Assembly: GCA_964016885.1 (NCBI GenBank) | Contig: OZ024743.1 | Coordinates: 289,974,001 to 290,038,000, forward strand | Length of the DNA stretch: 64,000 nt | Direction of reading: 5' to 3' | From: Eledone cirrhosa | Lineage: Eukaryota | In this document: in pieces, positions 56,781 to 64,000 of the stretch | Numbering within the stretch: the stretch's first letter is position 1 | Layout: each line of letters begins with the position of its first letter | Made by a program: the position numbers and the translations under genes | The notes under the pieces: generated by a model | The model's database searches: none | Seen by the model: only the letters and a program-made list of their open reading frames with translations | What the model was told of the DNA's origin: nothing

Positions 56781-56842
<62 letters not shown>

Positions 56843-56868
56843 TAATAATAATAATAATAATAATAATA

Positions 56869-57745
56869 AGGAGGAAATAACATCAAGGAGGAAGAGCAGC
56901 CTTAAGGGAAAATCCCTTCATAGTACCTTCTTTGAGAAAACTGAATTTAGAGATCCACAGACATGGAACTGGTTGAGAAGAGGAGACCTCAAAAAGGCTA
57001 CAGAAGGAATGCTAATGGCTGCGCAGGAGCAGGCCCTCAAAACGAAGTGGTCGAAGCACCATATTTACAAGGAGGAGGCTAGCCCACTGTGCAGGATCTG
57101 TGGAGAGAGAGAGGAGACTGTGGCTCACATTGTGTCCGAGTGTAAACACCTAGCCCAGACCCACTATAAGGGCTGGAGACACGATGTGATGGGCAGGGTG
57201 ATCCACTGGCACTTGTGCAAAGTAAACAATTTACCACATTCTGAGAAATGGTATGAGCATAGGCCAGAGGCGGTGATGGAGAACAATCAGGTGAAGGTGC
57301 TGTGGGATTTTAGGATACAGACGGACAAAAAACTGGAACACAATAGACCTGACCTGGTGGTTGTGGACAAAGAAAAAAGATCGTGTCTGATTGTGGATGT
57401 GGCCTGCCCGTTCGACACGAGAGTGCAAGAGAAGGAGAGGGAGAAAATTAACCGATACCAGGACCTAAAGTGGGAGGTGAAAATGATTTGGAACTGCCAT
57501 GAAGTCAAAGTGATCCCGATTGTCATAGGCGCACTGGGGACTATCTCCAAAAGTTTCCAGGGATGGTTAAAGAAAATCGGCCCCTCCACGCTTTTTGGAA
57601 CGCTTCAAAAGGCATGCTTGCTGGGAACAGCAAGAACCCTCCGATACGTCCTGAATATCTGAGGCTGCAGGTAGTGGCTTGATATTCATTCCAACGGACT
57701 TTCCAGTTAACCAACATCAATGACTGAGATTCAAGGAATAACAAC
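56869..57745 (+). mobile_element. 5'-truncated R4/Dong-like copy (zinc knuckle, RLE, 3' UTR) inside (TAA)n
   Basis: ORF 56973-57662 near-identical to 61554-62243; (AAT)n at 56781-56868 and 57746-57784. Confidence 0.95.
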
Positions 57746-57785
<40 letters not shown>

Positions 57786-58051
57786 GGGAAGAAGACGCAC
57801 GAGGTGGCGGAGGTCATGAAATCGCTCCCGTAAGTTTTGAATTTTTAACATATTTAAATCATTTGTGAAATAACAACTCTTAGTACAAATGCTACGTAAA
57901 GCACCCGGCTTGAGCCCCCAAAAATTCGGACCCAAAATATATTGTTATAAGGCTCAAATATTCAAATATTCAACTTTGTATTGTACACTGTATATCCAAA
58001 AAAGAAAATGGCTATAAATGGAAGAAGAACCCCCCCCTCCTCTCCTCTGTC

Positions 58052-58144
58052 TACACTATATAGAACAGCCAAACTCACCAACACCAGAAACTAGATACAC
58101 TATATAGAACAGCCAAACTCACCAACACCAGAAACTAGATACAC
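58052..58144. repeat. 44-bp tandem duplication
   Basis: TACACTATATAGAACAGCCAAACTCACCAACACCAGAAACTAGA twice. Confidence 0.9.
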
Positions 58145-58784
58145 CACCCACCTCATCACATGTTTACACTAAACACAACAGCCAGATAACGGCAATTTCA
58201 CCACCACCGCTCACTACTGCCATCATTACCACCACTATATCATCACCTCCGCCACCACTCTTCACTCCTTCACTGACCACCACTGCCTCGGTATCGACAT
58301 CACCACCACCACTGTCTCAGTATCGCTACCCCCGCCAGTCCACCACCTCGCCCAGCTGGCTGCTGCCACCACATTATAGAATTCCTACTACTAAAAAAGA
58401 GGAAGGCATCAAAATATATAGATAGACTCAAAAGAAAAAAGAAAAAACAAACAACAAAACCAAAGCAGCACAGCAACAACAGCAAAAAACGAGAAAAACA
58501 AACAGAGAAAAACAAAAACAAAAAAAAAACAAAAAACGTAAAGAAAATAAGAATGAAGAGAGAAGCAGGCGGACGGACAGAGAAGAGGGGGGAAAAACTA
58601 AAACTAAAAAAAGAAAAACTAAGTCAGACATTCGAACACTACATTACAATGAAACTTATGCTTATTCATTTTTGGGGCCCTTTCTGTCTGTGTGTTTGTT
58701 TGTTTATGTGTGTTCGTATACAGCGTGGTGATAATGCCACACAAGGGCCAAGTGGAACGGCGAATCCACAGATGGCTATGTAAC

Positions 58785-61700
58785 CATACATTCGCCAATC
58801 CTCGATAAGAGTGTTTAAATATCGAACATAAATAGTTCGAATAACGGTGAAATGGAGACTAGAACGTCATGTGACAGACTTTCACCCAACAGGTGCTCCC
58901 TAGCTCAGCAGCAGGAACCTGACTGTCAACCAAATACTGCTGATGTTGGAGGAAGAAGAAGAAGGAAAGGGGCCAGAACAAACTGGACGAAAGAATTGAA
59001 TAGAACTGTTATGCAATGTTACCTGAAAAGTAACCCCAAGGAGAGGGGCTACAGGAGACGGATGCATAACATCTGGAACGAGATTGGTCTATTTAAATTA
59101 GATGAACAAAAATTGGCCGGGCAGGCTCGGGTAATAAGAACTAATGGGTGGATAAGCGAGCTGGAACTGGAGGAACTGAGCAGAGAGAATGGCTTGGAGA
59201 TGGCGGGTGTAGTATGCCAGACAAGCGAGCCAGTGGGAAATGAAGGTGAAGAGGTCCTGAGAACGGAGGAACCACCCGAAGCAGACAATGATCTGAATAC
59301 TGAGATAAATAATACCTGGAACAGAGATACGGCCACTGAGGAGATGAATGCTGACGGGCTAGGACAAGATTCGGTTGACATCCTAAATTTAGTGGTAGAT
59401 GAATTGAACAATGATAGTGGGAGACCTATGAACCTAAGATTTGTAGACAGGAAAAAGTTAAAAGAAACAACAGCTAAGGTAAACAAAGTCATCGCATACC
59501 TTGAGGCGAGGAGCCTTCACCGGTGCAACAATATCCTCAAAGCAACAGCAAATACGGTGAGGAAACTACTTGGTATAAAAGCGAGAGGAAACAACAGACA
59601 AGAAAGAGCAGAGCCGTGGTGGAAGAACGACTGAGTGGTCAAATCGGGGAAATGAGAAATGACATAGGAAAGCTTGAGTCACTACTGAATGGGACACTAA
59701 AAAACATAGGCACTAAAAATTAACTGGAAATAAAGTACAAAACTAGGAGGAAAAAGCTAAATATTATCATAGAGGAACTGAAGCAAGGCATTGTAGCTAA
59801 GAGTGCAAAAATCAGGCGATACGAGAACAGAGTCAGTCAGTATAAACAGAAACGCATGTTTGACAACAACCAGAAGATGCTGTTTGGACAGCTTGAGGGG
59901 AAAGAAAGAGGCAACGACTTGATCCCTGGGGCGGAGCAAACTAAAACATTCTGGAGAGGAATATGGGAGCAGGGTGTTAGACATAATATCCAGGCAGGGT
60001 GGATTGAGACAGTACAGAGGGAGATCGGTGAGCAGGCACAGCAACAGACTGATTTGAGTATCACAGTTGAAACTCTTAAGGGGCAGGCCAAAAAACTAAC
60101 CAACTGGAAATCACCAGGCCCAGATGGTGTGCAGGGGTATTGGATTAAAAATTTAACATCCCTCCACCCGAAGCTGACGGCCATGTTCAATGACAACTTG
60201 GTGTCGGGTGAGGTGCCAGAGTGGTTGACAAAAGGTACCACAGTTCTGATAATGAAAGACCGAATCAAGGGTAATGATGTTACCAACTATAGACCTATCA
60301 CATGTCTGTCCGTAATGTGGAAACTGTTGATGAGCATTGTGTCTGAGGAAATCTACCATCACCTCCACACAAACAACTTGTTACCGGACGAACAGAAAGG
60401 TGGCCGAGAGAAGTCACGTGGTACAAAGGACCAGTTACTTATTGATAAGATGGTAATGGGGAATTGCAGGAGGAGACACACTGATCTTGCCATGGGATGG
60501 ATAGACTACAGAAAGGCATTTGACATGGTGCCTCATTCTTGGATCACCAAAAGCCTGGAGATGTTCAGGGTGGCAGATAACATCAGACAGTTGCTGGGCA
60601 GGAGTATGGGGTCCTGGGAGACAGAGTTGACATCAACTGGAGTATCCTTGGGAAGCGTGAAGATCAAGAGAGGCATCTTCCAGGGAGATAGCCTGTCCCC
60701 TCTGTTGTTTGTCCTTGCCCTGATGCCCTTGACCATTATGCTGCGAAAAGTGAGAGCAGGATACAAGTTGGGAAAGGGAGAGCTTACCATCAATCACCTC
60801 CTCTTCATGGACGATCTTAAGCTCTTCGGGAAAAGTGAGAAGGAGTTGGATGTGCTTGTTGACACTGTCCGTATTTTCAGCAGTGATATATGTATGCAGT
60901 TTGGTATTAGTTAATGTGGAGTCATTGTGATGAGGAGGGGTAGGTTGAGCAGAAGTAACGGGATCCAGATACCAACAGGTGAGATGATAAAGGAAATTGA
61001 CTCTGAGGAAGGATACAAGTATTTGGGCGTTCTGGAGGCTGATGGCATAAAGAACAAAAAATTGAAGGAATTGTTAAGAACTGAATACATTCGGAGAGTA
61101 AGGAGCGTATTGAAGTCACATCTGAACAGTAGAAATGCCATAAGCGCAGTAAATTCCCGAGCTGTGTCTATTATTAGGTACAGTGCGGGAATTCTGAGAT
61201 GGAATGTTGCTGAACAAAAAGAAATGGATAGGAAGACTAGGAAGCTATTGACTATCTACAACATGTTCCACAAGAGGAGTGATGTCGATAGACTCTACCT
61301 AAGGCGATCTGAGGGTGGAAGAGGTCTTATCAGCATAGAGGACTGTGTTCAGATGGAGAAAAACAACCTGTACAAATACGTGACCTATAGTAAGGAGCCA
61401 ATGCTCAGAACTGTACTGAAGGAGGGGACAGTAGGCCAGGGGATGTCCAAGGAGGAAATAACATCAAGGAGGAAGAGCAGCCTTAAGGGAAAATCCCTTC
61501 ATAGTACCTTCTTTGAGAAAACTGAATTTAGAGATCCACAGACATGGAACTGGTTGAGAAGAGGAGACCTCAAAAAGGCTACAGAAGGAATGCTAATGGC
61601 TGCGCAGGAGCAGGCCCTCAAAACGAAGTGGTCGAAGCACCATATTTACAAGGAGGAGGCTAGCCCACTGTGCAGGATCTGTGGAGAGAGAGAGGAGACT

Positions 61701-62326
61701 GTGGCTCACATTGTGTCCGAGTGTAAACACCTAGCCCAGACCCACTATAATGGCTGGAGACACGATGTGATGGGCAGGGTGATCCACTGGCACCTGTGCA
61801 AAGTAAACAATTTACCACATTCTGAGAAATGGTATGAGCATAGGCCAGAGGCGGTGATGGAAAACAATCAGGTGAAGATGCTGTGGGATTTTAGGATACA
61901 GACGGACAAAAAACTGGAACACAATAGACCTGACCTGGTGGTTGTGGACAAAGAAAAAAGATCGTGTCTGATTGTGGATGTGGCCTGACCTTTCGACACG
62001 AGAGTGCAAGAGAAGGAGAGGGAGAAAATTAACCGATACCAGGACCTAAAGTGGGAGGTGAAAAGGATTTGGAACTGCCATGAAGTCAAAGTGATCCCGA
62101 TTGTCATAGGCGCACTGGGGACTATCTCCAAAAGTTTCCAGGGATGGTTAAAGAAAATCGGCCCCTTCACGCTTTTTGGAACGCTTCAAAAGGCATGCTT
62201 GCTGGGAACAGCAAGAACCCTCCGATACGTCCTGAATATCTGAGGCTGCAGGTAGTGGCTTGATATTCATTCCAACGGACTTTCTAGTTAACCAACATCA
62301 ATGACTGAGATTCAAGGAATAACAAC
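58785..62326 (+). mobile_element. Near full-length R4/Dong-like RLE non-LTR retrotransposon followed by (TAA)n
   Basis: Single-ORF layout; 5' boundary estimated from similarity with the old copy near 38545; 3' end ...TTCAAGGAATAACAAC(AAT)n shared with 57745. Confidence 0.93.
58852..62243 (+). pseudogene. R4-like ORF (N-terminal domain, RT, CCHC, restriction-like endonuclease) with a frameshift near 59627 and stops at 60912 and 61986
   Basis: WTKELN..GYRRRMHNIW; KSPGPDG; YRPITCLS; IDYRKAFD; FQGDSLSPLLF; FMDDLK; CRIC..H..C; RHD; RPDLVV; VDVA. Confidence 0.93.
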
Positions 62327-62380
<54 letters not shown>

Positions 62381-62382
<2 letters not shown>

Positions 62383-64000
62383 TTGAAGCAACGCATTGTA
62401 GCAAAGAGTGCCAAAAACATAGAGGAATTGAAGCAACGCATTGTAGCAAAGAGTGCCAAAATCAGGCGATACGAGAACAGAGTCAGTCAGTATAAACAGA
62501 ACCGCATGTTCGACAACAACCAGAAGATGCTGTTTGGACAGCTTGAGGGGAAAGAAAGAGGCAACGACTTGATCCCTGGGGCGGAACAAGCTAAAACATT
62601 CTGGAGAGGAATATGGAAGCAGGATGTTAGACACAATGCCCAGGCAGGGTGGATTGAGACAGTACAGAGGGAGATCGGTGAGAAGGCACAACAACAGACT
62701 GATTTGAGTATCACAGTTGAAACTCTTAAGGGGCAAGCCAAAAAACTAACCAACTGGAAATCACCAGGCCCAGATGGTGTGCAGGGGTATTGGATTAAAC
62801 ATTTAACATCCCTCCACCCGAAGCTGACGGCCATGTTCAATGACTGCTTGGTGTCGGGTGAGGTGCCAGAGTGGTTGACAAAAGGTACCACAGTTCTGAT
62901 AATGAAAGACCGAATCAAGGGTAATGATGTTACCAACTATAGACCTATCACATGTCTGCCCGTAATGTGGAAACTGTTGACGAGCATTGTGTCTGAGGAG
63001 ATCTACCATCACCTCCACACAAACAACTTGTTACCGGACGAACAGAAAGGATGCCGAAAGAAGTCACGTGGTACAAAGGACCAGTTGCTTATTGATAAGA
63101 TGGTAATGGGGAATTGCAGGAGGAGACACACTGATCTTGCCATGGGATGGATAGACTACAGAAAGGCATTTGACATGGTGCCTCATTCCTGGATCACCAA
63201 AAGCCTGGAGGTCTTCAGGGTGGCAGATAACATCAGACAGTTGCTGGGCAGGAGTATGGGGTCCTGGGAGACAGAGTTGACATCAACTGGAGTATCCTTG
63301 GGAAGCGTGAAGATCAAGAGAGGTATCTTCCAGGGAGATAGCCTGTCCCCTCTGTTGTTTGTCCTTGCCCTGATGCCCTTGACCATTATGCTGCGAAAAG
63401 TGAGAGCAGGATACAAGTTGGGAAGGGGAGAGCTTACCATCAATCACCTCCTCTTCATGGACGATCTTAAGCTCTTCGGGAAAAGTGAGAAGGAGTTGGA
63501 TGTGCTTGTTGACACTGTCCGTATTTTCAGCAGTGATATATGTATGCAGTTTGGTATTGGTAAATGTGGAGTCATTGTGATGAAGAGGGGTAGGTTGAGC
63601 AGAAGTAACGGGATCCAGATACCAACAGGTGAGATGATAAAGGAAATTGACTCTGAGGAAGGATACAAGTATTTGGGCGTTCTGGAGGCTGATGGCATAA
63701 AGAACAAAAAAATGAAGGAATTGTTAAGAACTGAATACATTCGGAGAGTAAGGAGCGTATTGAAGTCACATCTGAACAGCAGAAATGCCATAAGCGCAGT
63801 AAATTCCCGAGCTGTGTCTATTATTAGGTACAGTGCGGGAATTCTGAGATGGAATGTTGCTGAACAAAAAGAAATGGATAGGAAGACTAGGAAGCTATTG
63901 ACTATCTACAACATGTTCCACAAGAGGAGTGATGTCGATAGACTCTACCTAAGGAGATCTGAGGGTGGAAGAGGTCTTATCAGCATAGAGGACTGTGTTC
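62381..64000 (+). mobile_element. 5'-truncated R4/Dong-like copy running off the window, inserted in the (TAA)n tail of the previous copy
   Basis: Near-identical to 59768-61349; has GGT AAA where the previous copy has AGT TAA. Confidence 0.93.

Noticed and set aside
58720-58790. Possible HDV-like ribozyme at the 5' end of the R4-like element
   Set aside because: Small hairpins and a GG-GCCA..TGG-C-TA pattern are present, but I could not build P1/P2/P3 of the nested pseudoknot

Overview
AT-rich, microsatellite-saturated eukaryotic (invertebrate) DNA. The SINE types and (TA)n/(CA)n/(TAA)n density are most consistent with a cephalopod such as Octopus, which is an inference. No host protein-coding gene is recognisable, and most short ORFs in the track are microsatellite translations. 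The window is a retroelement graveyard with four components: (1) three different Penelope-like elements (RT and/or GIY-YIG); (2) at least six copies or fragments of R4/Dong-like RLE non-LTR retrotransposons, most sitting in (TAA)n; (3) RTE, CR1-like and Tx1/L1-like fragments; (4) tRNA-derived SINEs. The signal the ORF track misses is RNA-level: about 25 type I hammerhead ribozyme (HHR) motifs from at least 8 unrelated repeat families. These include a non-coding ~476-bp head-to-tail array with one HHR per unit (retrozyme-like, 11407-14296), HHRs with very long stem II and a non-Watson-Crick 10.1/11.1 pair, and a family with a compensatory U3-A8 core. Almost all HHR-bearing insertions share one geometry: two arms joined 5'-to-5' with both 3' ends in (TA)n. 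All structures were paired by eye, and no cleavage activity is demonstrated.
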